Positions 10,616-22,436 of a stretch of 35,711 nt of DNA are shown here, one piece after another. Both the position numbers and the translations under genes were made by a program. The notes beneath the pieces were generated by a model that worked only from the letters and a program-made list of their open reading frames with translations, was not told the DNA's origin and searched no databases. Position 1 is the stretch's first letter. Each line of letters begins with the position of its first letter. Origin of the DNA: Catajapyx aquilonaris (taxonomy: Eukaryota); contig KZ539037.1 in assembly GCA_000934665.2 (NCBI GenBank), positions 1 through 35,711 of the forward strand, given 5' to 3'.

Positions 10616-11849
10616 TAAAATAAAACCAGGAGCCATTTTGCCTTGTCTTAATTATTTTTTTGTCTCCTGGTAGCCTACATTCGTAGTCAGGACTGATATA
10701 AATCCAGGGACTAGAATAATTACCTCTGAGACCAACCCGGATGATTTTGCAACAAAGACGCGTACTTCGTTTGTCCCGTGCCAGCATGCTGAATATATTA
10801 TGCATGTTTTCTATTGAATTTCCGTTTCACATTAGTTTTTTTTAGTTACGTTGATGGAGCATACCCAAAACAGTCCTATAGCACTGGCTATTAGCAGTGA
10901 TATTCCAAGATAAATTCTGACTGGATATGCCGATCATTAGTTTTAATTACGTAGTTATTACGTGCCTCAGCGAAAAAGATGAAGACTATCAGTGATGCAA
11001 GGTTCCAACGAGATCACTGGAAAACTCTTGATGGCTCTCTCCACCCTGAATGCACGCACTTTGAAACACAATATAAGCTACTTTATATTCGCGTTGGAGT
11101 AGAGCCATCACCGGTTTTCCTCTGAACACGTAGCGAACTCTTTTTGGTCGCGAGAGTACAATAGTGCCTCTAGTACCTATACGGCAGCTTTTTTGAACTA
11201 CATTTTGCGAATTTTGCTGGTTTCTGCGAGTGTATTAGTCAGATTTCAAAAATACAATATTTCACTGCTCTATACTACCGCTACAATAGTCCGGAAGACG
11301 ATTCCTGGATCCTTCTGACGTGACTTACCTATTAAGTGTTACATTTAGAATGAGGGACGAAACTTGTTAGAATCTTGCTCTGTGAAATAAAAAAGCCCGA
11401 TGTATATACTGCCAGCATCACATATTGTATAAGCACGATAGAACGATGATGCTAGAATACAATGATTAAAACTGTGGATTCAGTTTGAAAATAAACCTAA
11501 ATGCAGAACGACCAGTGTCACACTGGTGTGAAGGTTTTTTTTCCCCTAAAAATTTGTCCACGGGACAGTAATTTCTGTATCAGAGAACTGATTCGACGAA
11601 CAAAAAGCACGTGTCAAATGTGTAACTCAATTTCGACCATTTCAAGTCCGTAACATCTAAAAATAATTCTTTTGTGCTAACCGCTACAAAAATTGAAAGT
11701 AGAGTAAAACTCAGCTGAAAAGTGAATATCCGGAATGATGGCTGGAAAAAAAAAATAGGTAAAGGGAACGTACCAAGGATAGATTATATCTTTCCTATGC
11801 CAGACTCAGTAGAGCGAGCACACGCTTTTGCTCGCTCCGGTTTGAATTG

Positions 11850-12330
11850 ATTTTTTTTTTCGCACCTGAACGGAAGAATAGCGGAGTGAACATTGACTTG
11901 GAGGCAATCCGGCCACTTCTGGAGGCCCTAAAGAAGTCCATTGTTAGTGAATAAATCGCTCTCTCGGACATCACGACTATAAGCTCGATGCCCGGGCACC
12001 CCTGAAAACTTGGGACGCGCTGTCCGGCGAAGCAGAACGGCCGGATAGTCTTATATGATGGCAATGGAAGTTGGAACAGGCCGTGGGGCCGTGTCCCGCC
12101 AGTCCGTAACCAGGATTAGGACACCGCCACGGATTTTTTTGAAGAAGCGCAGTTTTACACCCTCCCCAGTCTTCTATCGGCCCCACATCGCCTGGGACCA
12201 TAAAAGGGTTTTTATAAAACCGGAATCGACCAATCATCGCGGTCTGCTCCGGACAATAAACGCACCCCGCTCGTGCCCGGTATATCCAGCCATACGCTCG
12301 CTTATATGGATGTTGCGAAATCACCGTACG
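11850..12330 (-). pseudogene. Possible decayed LINE endonuclease remnant
   Basis: The minus-strand translation has AGCVYCPEQ...PFMVPGDVGPIEDW, loosely resembling the APE-endonuclease motifs GxxYRPP and ILGDFN..DW. Weak. Confidence 0.25.
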
Positions 12331-14640
12331 AAACTCCGTGCATTTTGGCCAGTACCAGTACGGGTATGGTTAGATTTTTCATGCTGCTTAAAATGTCCCG
12401 GTGGACTAATAAGGAACAAATATCCTAAAGCGTGACAGCTTATTCCTCATCCAGGCCTCTGTCAAAAGCTACCCCCAGACCACTGTAAAATGTTTGTTCG
12501 GGCAGCTCCGAATCCAACGAGGCGGAAGGGTGGGTTTACGAGGTTCAACCACCCCAAGAGCGGGCTTTACCAGGCAGGGTGTCCCGAAAGCTATCAGCCG
12601 ATTCTAGGTATCAAAGTTTGATGCCGGCCCAAGTCGTACAGCCAGCGGTGTAACAAATGATGCATGCGAGGTTGGGACGGGTCAAGACTTGCCCATCCTC
12701 CTGTAGCGAACCACCGTCCCGGAGCGAAATCTTGGGAATGTATCCCCGCAGCGCAGCGGTGTGAATGGTGCCCCCAGCCCCCTTCCACCCGCTCCTCCCC
12801 CCACAGACGGGGTGAGGACGGCCGCATGCGGTGGGGATTATGGAATATGGGAGGCAGCCCTGAAGGCCCCTCCAGACTGCCGGATCGATGGATGGGGGAG
12901 GCAGGGTGGGCAAAAGGCGGGCGGAGGACGGCCTGGGAGATAGCGAAGGAAGTGTGGGGGGTGGAAAGTGGGGAAGGCGTAATCAGCGGTGGGGAAGAGC
13001 GGATCCCCCACTCGATAGGGCCCGCACCGGGCTCTTCTGGTGTCAAATCCGGCTCCGTAGTAACCTCTGACCGAATGTGCCTTGAAAACCGGATGTTCCA
13101 CGGCCCATGGTCTGAACCTCACGGAATATACAGTACTGTAAAAGTCAAACCAGTTTTTGCGCCTGATTGGTATGCCTCCCGTGGTACAAGAGTGCGGTTG
13201 CATACATGCCAGGATGAATCCGGGCCAAATCCGGCTGGAGGGGGGGGGGGGGGGGGNACCCCGGGGGCCGGGGTGGGAGAAAGGAGGAAGGGGAGAGGGG
13301 AAAAGTGGCTGTAATGGACGGTGAGGGGGTGAAGTGAGGAAGCGGTGACCTGAGGTGGTCAATACGGGCTGGAAGTTTGGTCACGCATATATTCTGGGTA
13401 TTGTTGTGAGGTCTACTGAGTACCCCTGTAGGTAAAATGTAATGATTAACTAACTGGAGCATATGTGCACTTTTTGCACCACCTTGTACACAGTACATGT
13501 TACAGACCACACCTCTTTAAACCCCACCCCCATTTCACCGCGAGGGCTGTAATATATTCACCACCCCTTTGCACGACGCCAAAGCCTGATAACAACATGG
13601 GGCTGCAGCAGAGCAAGTGCGCCACTGTTTGCAGGTGTGCCAATAGCAAAGCTAAGGAATAAAACATGGGGCAAGTCACAGGGTCCAAGGGGGACTGTAG
13701 GTCCATTACAACATTTCTGGCTGATGAGGAGGGGGAAAAGGAAGAGAGTGGATGATTCTTGCTCCCCCAATGAGAAACAAGAGAAGAGACCGAGTGGCGT
13801 GCAAGTGATTGGATGTCATTAGGGCGCTCCTTATGACATTGGTTATGAGCCTGATGGTTTTACTTCCGTTTTACATTCCCTGCATTTCTCTTAAATTGAT
13901 GCGTCGCTTTCTGAACAATTTCTTGGGTTATTTAATGTCAAAAAACTATAGACAGAATCTTAGACAGAATCAAGTTTTACTCTTTGCGTAAATGCCAATT
14001 AAGGACAAAAATTTTAATTGTGCCGGATTATTCACTGTAAAGATCTGATTCCCCCCCCCCCCCTATTTGTGTCCATTTAGACCTATATGCTAGTAGGTTA
14101 ATGTTCCAAAATATTCGGCAATAAACATGTCAGAAAATTCCTGCATTTTTTAATGTTTTGCCGTCACGAAAAAGATATTGGAGGGTTCAGTGTCGTGACG
14201 TCATGTCCGGCTTCGGCTTGCAAAGATGCACATCTGCGCACACTTTGGAAAGCAAAACAGTCGCATTACATTGTCTACCGCAAACGGAATTTACTGTACA
14301 ATTAGTCTTGGTGACAAAACATTTGGATGCACTATAGTGCAGCTACTGGAAGACACCAATTGACGCTACAAACAAAAGCAGTACAATTACACGAGAACTC
14401 AAGTCACTTACACGGAAGCGGATTCGAAATTGCATCTCCATATAATTTATTCGTCTTTATGTAGCGTCTCTTTTCCTCCAGAAAATCAGGCATGACTTTA
14501 CGAAAATGAACCATCCTATATATCTATATGATATGACGAATGACGATACGGCTAATATCGGCTCATTTGGATGTGCATTTTTACTCAGATTCTACTGTCT
14601 TCCACTGGGAGGGTATTTGGCAACACTATGCATTTAAGCA

Positions 14641-14669
14641 GAGAGAGAGGGGGGAGAGAGAGAGAGAGG

Positions 14670-14714
<45 letters not shown>
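14641..14714. repeat. (GA)n microsatellite
   Basis: Interrupted GA dinucleotide run. Confidence 0.95.
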
Positions 14715-14715
<1 letters not shown>

Positions 14716-15739
14716 CAGGGTGTGGGAAGGTTCTGGGATCGATCCCCGATTTTTCTGTGGTTCTCTCCTGATTAGGCCACAGGCACTTCTTCCACGCTCC
14801 TCTTCCCTATTCACCCTGTTATTGGTCGATCGCCTTCCATGAACCAGAACATATAATTATGGTATATTTAGGTAGCCTAAACATTTTTAAAATCATTCCT
14901 GTTACTTGCGTGATGTTGCTAACAGGCCATTGGGCGCATAGCGCGGGTGAGAAGAGGAGCGTTCCATGCAGGAGAAGCCCGTACGGATCAAAGTCATAAT
15001 ATTGCATTATGAGTAATGCATTCATTTAATTTCAATTAGTATTTTAAAATGTTTGCTACCGTCTTCCAACATTAAAAATGACCTTGACGTTGCTCTTAGG
15101 ATCACTGCAAAGCGTCTGTGGCATTTATATGAAGAGACGCGCAGTATAACATGTACTTGCATTTTCTGATTTATTTCATGTGTTTAAGTAGTGCTATGGT
15201 GTCTTCGTAAATATTCCTCTACATTTCTGTAATATTTTTACTGCACTTTTAGAATCGTTACGTCAATTTAGACGTAACGAGGCAAAGTTTAAGTTAGACA
15301 TTTCCCTGTTTTTTAAATGATTAAATTAGGCATTGTCCTTGTTTACACTGTGACAGCGGTGAAACCAGAACCCTAATGGGCCCGTTGACATGTTGCTATT
15401 GAGTAGAATGATATTGACGGGGCAAGCTGACCGGAAGTCACGTGACGTGCGTACCCGCCCAAATCCGTATGTCGGAAGCTCTGGAGAATATCGCCTCCAA
15501 AGTGTTCTAATTAATGTGTCCGTACTCCGTAGTTGTTGGCGATTTTTGTTACTAAGCTGCTTACAGTTATTCTAACAGTTACTTTCTGGAGGTATAAGAT
15601 TAACTGCTAGTATTAGGTTGAATGGAAGAATTCATTCAGACCAGTTATGGGACCGTCTATTTCCGTGACGTAATTTCAGAACTACGCATCGTCCCATACT
15701 TGTGGCATCCGTACTTGACATCACCGCGTGCCCAACTTT

Positions 15740-16040
15740 CACCCCCTGGTAATTTGGCCCCTCTCTGGCCGAAACCAGCCGCACGAGCAAATCAGGCCCA
15801 TTCGGATGCCCGCCTTCAACCACATCTTGGTGACGATGCATAAAAATGGGCTGGGTTCCTCCTCCATCTCCAGCAGGCCGACAGAGCCGTGGGTCCGGCC
15901 GCATGCAAGGCAGGCACAGGCAGCACCGGGTTGTGTTAGCAGTCCGGATGGATGGGCGAGCGGTCGTTAGCTCGGGCGGCCAGGCAGTGCTGCACGCGGC
16001 CACTTCCGGCGTTGGTTGGGGACGCCGCTTCCGAAAGGGA
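15740..16040 (-). pseudogene. Possible decayed LINE ORF2 N-terminus (APE endonuclease; CR1/L2 group)
   Basis: Across frameshifts the minus strand reads RPSIRTAN..., LLEMEEEPSPFLCIVTKMWLK and GWFRPERGQITRG. These fall in the order expected for PSILLAN / LCxTETWL / FRxDR..RGGG. Confidence 0.3.
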
Positions 16041-17258
16041 GGGAGAGACCAGGTTGGACTGCCAAATGTGCTGGGGAAAAACCAACCTTTGGGCATGCGC
16101 ATTCCCTTGGTAGATCCTGATGTGTACGGCCCGTTTACACTAGTCGGCACAGGAAATGGAGGGAGCCTTGCCGTCTGAACGAGGACTCCCCTTGAGCTCC
16201 GGAGGCTAATGAGAACGGCGGTTGGGAGGGTGGGAAGCGGGCGGTGGCGGAGACGCTGACGATGCCGGGGGCGGAATAGGTAAGCGCAGGGAGCGTCGGG
16301 GCTTGCAAGTTGAAAGATAAAGCCATGCCAGCCTGCAAAGGGGGAGCAAAAAGGAAAATGGAGAGCCTGTATACCGCACACTTGGGTTCAATTCTTGGGA
16401 GACATCTGGGTGTGAGTTGCCGGTTGCTATGTGCTTATTCGGCCGATCCCCCTGAATCAGTCACCCTTCTCCGGCACCCCCCATAATGAAGGTGCGGGGG
16501 AAGAGGGAAGGCCCCGTGACCTGCCCATTTTCCATCCCTTCCCATATGCCAGACCTTCCCGGCGCGGCGCCCGGCAATCTCGGCTCAGCTCTAGCGAGAC
16601 TGTGCAATCTGGTGGGGAAGGGGAGGGGGGGGGGATAGAGGAGATACTGTAGATGGGGGTAGAGGAGGGGTTGTATCCGGGGATGGGTCGTCATGTGGCA
16701 ACATCGCTTTCATTCCCTGCCTGCCCTGAGGGCCAATGGGACCGACCTGAATTCGGTTTACGCACCCTTGACTTCCACGCGCCCATGTGATGCATGTGCA
16801 GGTCTACCTCGCCCTTAGGGACGCCTGATGTGGAGGACCGGGTACAGGGAGTTATTGGAGTTGAAAGGGAAAATGGCACCCAATATAGTCAGTCCATTTT
16901 TACTTAATATGCCCAAGTTTTAGGCAAATATGGAATAAGGTGTTTAAATATATATACGAGGAAGTCCCGAGTGGTTGGGTTTTCTAGAGGTCCCATCGCA
17001 CATTTCCAGAGGACCCGTACGAATCAGCTTATCCGGCACTGGGAGGAGTTGGCCAGTTGCCAGGGCCTGCCTGGTCTGGCGTGGTATATATGCCTACTCG
17101 CGTTTACATGGAAGCAAACAGGGATCGAGTTAGATCCTATGCCAGCCTGCAACACCCGGAGTAAGGCGGAGTTACCGTTTTGGGGGGCTAAACAGGCGAA
17201 TTATGCAACTTTCATAGTCGTCTAAGTATGGGCATATTACTGGGGTAATATTACAAGT

Positions 17259-17327
17259 GTGTTTCTTTTATTTGCAGGTAAGAGTCGACCGAAGTTGGAG
17301 TCATCTGATTGGGAGCGTACAGTAAGT
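17259..17327 (+). promoter_or_regulatory. Candidate recursive splice site (ratchet point) with a 44-nt cryptic exon
   Basis: GTGTTTCTTTTATTTGCAG|GTAAGA (AG 17276-17277, GT 17278-17279), then a second donor GTAAGT at 17322-17327. It is on the same strand as the NOL4-like exon. Confidence 0.6.
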
Positions 17328-18207
17328 GCTGTAGCTTGACCCGTGCTGATGTTTAGAGCCGCTTGGCCTTATCGGCTTATCCCGTTTCGGAGAATCAAAC
17401 TAGAGCGAGACAATTGGCTTGTACGGAGCGAGCCCCACAAGTGGCTGCAGCAACTAAAACAGAGTTAAGAAAAAATAAGGTAGGAGCTACAATGAATTAG
17501 CTGATGATTTGGCTGGAGGGTCCAGTTCCTGAGAAGAATATTTTCAGTATATCGTGGGCGTACAGGAGAAATCCGCTAAGTCCAATTTTGTCGGTTTTGA
17601 GTTATTTACATCACTAAGTCGCATTTTTCTGCTCTATCGCCTGGTGAAGTCCACTTGCCCTAAATATTCATGATGAGCCAACAAGCTAGGATTTTAATAT
17701 ATTACCGTGGAAGCAAGTGCAAGGTCAATTCTTTGCTTTGCATTATCGTGATTTCTACAGTATAGTATACTCCACGGGTTAGCAACAGTTAGCTGTAAAA
17801 CTTTTGATCTGTACTCCCGCCCATCGCTCAAAAATGTGTGAACTTAGGTGTAGTCCTCTATCGGTAAATCACTTCGAGAAAACTGGTATTAACAGTCGCA
17901 AAATTGGGCCCTTAGGCAAATCACAAATATTTTTGTGCTTCCCTTCGAATTGTTTACTTGCGTTTCTTAAAGAACATGTTAAAATTACGTAAAATCGAAC
18001 TAATAATAACCAGTTAAACTATTAAGACAAATGCGATAGTCATAAGTTTGTTGCTGTATCGGCCAAGTCGACGACTTCAGCAACACCCTGTTCAGGGTGG
18101 TAACCCCCCACTGGCTAAGGCAAGCCTCAGCATTTAAATAAAAATTTTAAAGAATAAGAGAGGGTGAGCAGGGCGTGCCAGTGTGGTATAACGAAGTGGT
18201 GTGTGTC

Positions 18208-18208
<1 letters not shown>

Positions 18209-18245
<37 letters not shown>
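18209..18245. repeat. (GA)n microsatellite
   Basis: Pure GA run. Confidence 0.95.
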
Positions 18246-18248
<3 letters not shown>

Positions 18249-18507
18249 TAATTAGTGCTTTCCACGGGTGGCGCGAAGTGCGTTTCATTTTTTTTTGTAC
18301 CCTTCCCTCCCCTATTCCCCTCCATCCCCCGCCCCAGCATCCCGAGAGTCGAGGGAGCGAGACAGAGTCGGGGAGAGCCCAAATTAAAAATCCGCTCAAT
18401 TATCAGCCGTCAGCGCACTAATTGCAGGGCCGGCCCCGCCACTTCCGAAGAACTTTGGCATCGGGCAGGCACCCCCCCGATCTTCACTGCCGATCATCCT
18501 AGATATA

Positions 18508-18583
18508 TCAGAACAGATGGGCTAGTCAGTTGACTCAGATAGTCAGTTGACTCTGACATTCAACTGACCACCCCATTTTTTCT
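18508..18583. repeat. Small degenerate inverted repeat with an internal tandem duplication
   Basis: AGAACAGATGGGCTAGTCAGTTGA pairs imperfectly with TCAACTGACCACCCCATTTTTTCT. TAGTCAGTTGACTC occurs twice in direct orientation. Confidence 0.35.
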
Positions 18584-19648
18584 ATGTGTGAATTCCGTCT
18601 AGTTCAACTTGAAGCCTATTCTTGTTTAGGGTAGTTCCCCTTTAGGCCGGCGGGAATTTCATTTTGAGAGCGGGTGGGGGGCAGTTTCGAGAAGGGTCCA
18701 CGTTTGTGTATGGGCAACATTGGAGTGAGTGGTCAGCAGGTAGGCCAGTGGAGCCAAATGACAATCCCCGGAATTCCAATCAATACAGGGGTGTGTGGAA
18801 GGGGGTCAGGTTTGCGGGGGAGGTGCTTGCTACATGTGTGCAGGGGGAGTCGTAACAAGGTCGATTGGGGGGGGAGGGGGGGGGGTTGAAGAAACCCCTA
18901 GGGCTTTGTGAAACGGACATCCCACCCGGCGTCCTCCCCCTTCCCAGCACCGACGGTGCCGTTTCCTCGCGGCTGTTATATATTATGGGGGGGAAAAGGA
19001 AGGGAGGAGGAAGGAGGGAGTATGTTCTCCTCCCTTTGCAAACTGGAGCGTCATAAGCAGGAGAGGGTCGTGCCGAGGAGAACTAATAGCGTGGGCCGAT
19101 TGCCAACTGGGGAGGGTACGACCGGGTCCCAAGCTGGAAAAAGCCGGCATATCGATTCTCGCAAATTTGTTTACCCCGTTCCCTCCACCCCACGGTTCCT
19201 ACGCCCGACGGAGCTCTCCCGAAAAAAAGGAGGACGGATGTGTCCTGTACGTACCGGACTTGCTTTCGTAGATTTTCAGGTGAATCTGTAAATCACCTAG
19301 ATCACGAAAGTGCGGTTCTTCCTATGGGAAACCCCGGTTAGGAGAGTCCGTACCGCCTAGAAACGGGTGCCATCGACCCTATACCTAGAGGCGCTTCTAG
19401 ACAATGCATCTCGTGCGCTTCCGCAATTGCTTGGGTGCATACCTGAAACAAGATCTTACCCACTCTGTACCCGAACCCAAGGCGGTAATTTAGGAGTTGT
19501 TTTCATCGTCTTGTGTACGTTAAAATCTGAAGTATTAAGTTACACCAAGAGCTCTTGGTTACACAAAAGGCTGCACCATGAACGACTCTCATCCCTTCCT
19601 CAGAAAAGTATTGACCTGATATAATAATAATATGTATTGAACTAAATA

Positions 19649-20385
19649 CAGGGTTATCGAAAAAGAATGCTCGGATTTTTAAAACCCAATCACTCGAAAA
19701 CTTGCTGTAGACATACGGTATCTTAATGGTTTAAGTTTTGAAATGCTAAGAAATGTCTAAACTGATGATTTTTCTTCGATATGAGCTCCATTTGTTGCTC
19801 GGAAAATGTCAGTACGGTAATCGGTGTCATGCCTAACCCGGTCAGACATGTTTGGAGTCACCATTGTGAGCCTATCCTGTATAGGTGCTGGAGATGCCGG
19901 ATCTTTTCACGATCCATGTATCTCCACAAAAAAGTCCATCTGGGTAAGATCTGGGCTTCTGGAGGGTGGCCTATCCATACTGTATAGGCATTGGGAAACT
20001 TCTCATTCAAGACTTCGCACACTTGGATGCTGAACAAATGAAACTTTTCTACTGCAGGTTTGTTTCATGGATAAAGCGACTTTTTATGTGCATCATCAAG
20101 AACAATGTGTGTGCTAGGTGGTGTAAAGACCCATCATATCCAGCACCTACGGGATATGATTGCAACGGTAACTCCAGCAGATACGATTGAGCGGGTGTAG
20201 CACGAGACCGAATACCGTATTTTTTATCTGCTGAGCGACATATAAAGCTCATATCGAAACAAACCAAGGTGAGACCAAAACTTCAGACATTTCTTATCAT
20301 TTCAAAACTCAAATCATAAAGATATGTGTACAAGTTTTCGATTTGTAGGGTTTTAAAATCCGAGCATTCTTTTTCGATGACCCTG
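19649..20385 (-). mobile_element. Internally deleted, decayed Tc1/mariner-superfamily transposon with transposase remnants
   Basis: ~110-bp TIRs CAGGGTTATCGAAAAAGAATGCTCGGATTTTAAAACCC / GGGTTTTAAAATCCGAGCATTCTTTTTCGATGACCCTG, with TA flanks. The minus strand encodes, with frameshifts, VLNEKFPN..WIG, PSRSPDLTQMDFF(LW) and VTPNMSDRVRHDTDYRTDIFRATNGAHIE. These match the WPPRSPDLTPLDFFLWG...RATNGAHIE C-terminus of such transposases. Confidence 0.9.
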
Positions 20386-21330
20386 TATTTGAGTCAATAT
20401 TCATGTTATCCTAACTCGACGTCTGATTCCGATAACATTTTTTTTGTCTAAAAATTATCCTTAGGTGTTATCAACAATATTAACTGCTAATACTGTATTA
20501 GGTTGAATAGACCAGTTTGCAAGAAATGGGCTTATTCAGACCTCGAATGTCCTGGATGCAGAGGAAGGACTGGTGGGACACGCCGGACGAGCATTATACA
20601 AATATTCCCGGTCTTTGCACCAGGTATAATACACAAACATTCACACCTCAGTTATAATGATGCTGCTGATATAAGGCTGGAAATGTTCGCGTAATGTCCC
20701 ATATCCCAAGTCGGAACATGAAATGCACCGTAGATGTGCATGGAAATCGATAAGAAAAGTATGACTATATGAAGACTTGAAATGCAAAACGTTCAGAGTC
20801 GAATCTAGTTTTATGAGGGTTTCAAGTTATGCGATCTGTTTGGATCAGCCATTATTTTCCCTGTAGAGGACTGTAATATTGTTCTACCAGAAAACTGACC
20901 GGGCCATCGTCGCAAACCAGTTCTACAAAATCAAGTCTATGCGCATCTCCACATTATAACACAGGGGCAGGTCCATATTTTTCCAGCATCACTTATGGAA
21001 GGCTGTTTGCTTCGATTGATGTGGTCTGCAATATATCCCTACTCCCTTGCGCAAAATGAAAAAGGGGGCACCCATACCTGCTGCTGGTGTGACCATAACT
21101 CAATATAAAAAAAACTACAATGTTGATGCACCTTTCTGATCCGTCAACCGTGATATACCGGGACCGCAACTGTGAATCAGTGATTCATCGTTGGCAGCAC
21201 AGGTAGGCTACACCTGGTGGGTGGAAGCAGCAGCGGGGAGCAGAGGCTTCCCACGTTCTCTTTTGCCCTTATCTCCCCAGTGGTTGGCGCGGCAAACGGA
21301 AATATTCATGAAGCCAGCGTCGCGGGCGTC

Positions 21331-21372
21331 GAGAGAGAGAGAGAGAGAGGGAGGGAGAGGGAGAGAGAGAGA
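21331..21372. repeat. (GA)n microsatellite
   Basis: Interrupted GA run. Confidence 0.9.
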
Positions 21373-21790
21373 AGGGGGGGGGGGGAGTTGGCGGGGGAGG
21401 TGGGGAGCGGGTTGGGGGATGGGCTTTCCCGGTTCCCCTTTCACGCCCTGATTACGCTCTTTGAAGAGGGAAAAGCCGTACTCCGGGAGTCACCCGGAGT
21501 TTCGCCTGCACCTGAGCAGGCTGCTCTGTCTCACACTGCTAGTATCAACTTCGCACAATGCGTTTTCTCTGGCAGAATCCTGCGGCACGCAGGACCCGTA
21601 TAATTGACTGGGTTTTGGGTGCGGAATTTTACGAACGGCTGGAAAAATGTAGGGGCCTATAGCGATGGACCAAAACATTGTGTTGCCATCGGGGTCACCG
21701 ACCACCTTGAGTTAAGCAAATGACGGTAAAGTCAATGGGTGGAATTTTCGTCCCACTGTTAGTTACTTCTAACTTAGCAGTACCAATATT

Positions 21791-22406
21791 GAGGGCGACA
21801 CGGTGGAGAAGTGGTTAGCGCCGCAGCTTTCCACCTCTAAGGTCCCGAGTTCGATCCCTGGGTCGGACGGAGGATGCTTTAGTATGTGGATAGAGTTTCG
21901 ATGGGTTCTCTCCGTGTTCGCGTGGCTCTCCCGGCTCCTCACACAATCAAAATCCCTCACAGCGCAGGCAATGATTAAAGACGGTTAATTTTTTTAACGT
22001 TACCCCGTGATAAGGCTGAGCATTTTTAGGGGGGTGGAATACCACCATTTCACTCCATTTTCCTGTATTAACTTCATTCACCGGTGCAAGGAGTCAAGGA
22101 TGTAGGGTATATAATATAGGGATAGGGATTTTTGGGGAGGGATCATTGGTGCAAGTGCAATGTCGGTAAAGGGGTCGTGCTGTTCCCCAGGAGGTTAGGT
22201 TGCCAGACACCTCCTTGGTGCAGGTCAGAGACCCTCCTGACGCAGGTAAAAGGAAAGTTCCCCAGGCGGGGATCGAACCTGGGGCCTTTCACTCAGCAAG
22301 CCGAGACGTTACCATCTCGGCCATCTACACCTCCCCTAAAGTCGGTTATTTATAGAAGATGATCCCCTAAGAGGCCCAAGGAGGCCTTTCACGGGGTATC
22401 CATTAT
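21791..22406 (+). mobile_element. tRNA-derived SINE with a V-SINE-like central domain, interrupted by a second SINE
   Basis: A box TGGAGAAGTGG and B box AGTTCGATCCC; body TGTGGATAGAGTTTCGATGGGTTCTCTCCGTGTTCGCGTGGCTCTCCCGGCTCCTCACACAATCAAAA. The tail CCCCTAAGAGGCCCAAGGAGGCCTTTCACGGGGTA resumes after the nested insert. TSD AGTACCAATATT at 21779-21790 and 22407-22418. Confidence 0.85.
21988..22336 (-). mobile_element. Full-length tRNA-derived SINE (type A), nested antisense
   Basis: The minus strand begins GGGGAGGTGTAGATGGCCGAGATGGTAACG (A box) ... GGTTCGATCCC (B box) and ends ATGGTGGTATTCCACCCCCCTAAAAA...CACGGGGTA plus an A-rich tail. TSD TAAAGACGGTTA (21976-21987) / TAAAGTCGGTTA (22337-22348). 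Confidence 0.9.
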
Positions 22407-22436
22407 AGTACCAATATTGGCCATGATACTGCTCAG

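Noticed and set aside
12594..13362. 150-216 aa ORFs on both strands
   Set aside because: G/C-rich low-complexity sequence with no recognisable motifs or convincing splice signals.
15255..15280. Perfect 10-bp hairpin TCGTTACGTC-AATTTA-GACGTAACGA
   Set aside because: Isolated and short, with no associated element ends that I could identify.
15632..16381. 249-aa minus-strand ORF as a functional gene
   Set aside because: No coherent domain. The weak LINE-like motifs are spread across frames, indicating decay.
19260..19285. Second AG|GT site (GATTTTCAG|GTGAAT)
   Set aside because: The polypyrimidine tract is interrupted by an AG, the regenerated donor is weak, and no consensus donor follows at cryptic-exon distance.
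21795..21865. tRNA genes (also the heads at ~22265-22336, 28345-28416 and 31405-31474)
   Set aside because: A and B boxes are present, but each head runs into a SINE body and tail bounded by TSDs, and I could not fold a proper cloverleaf.
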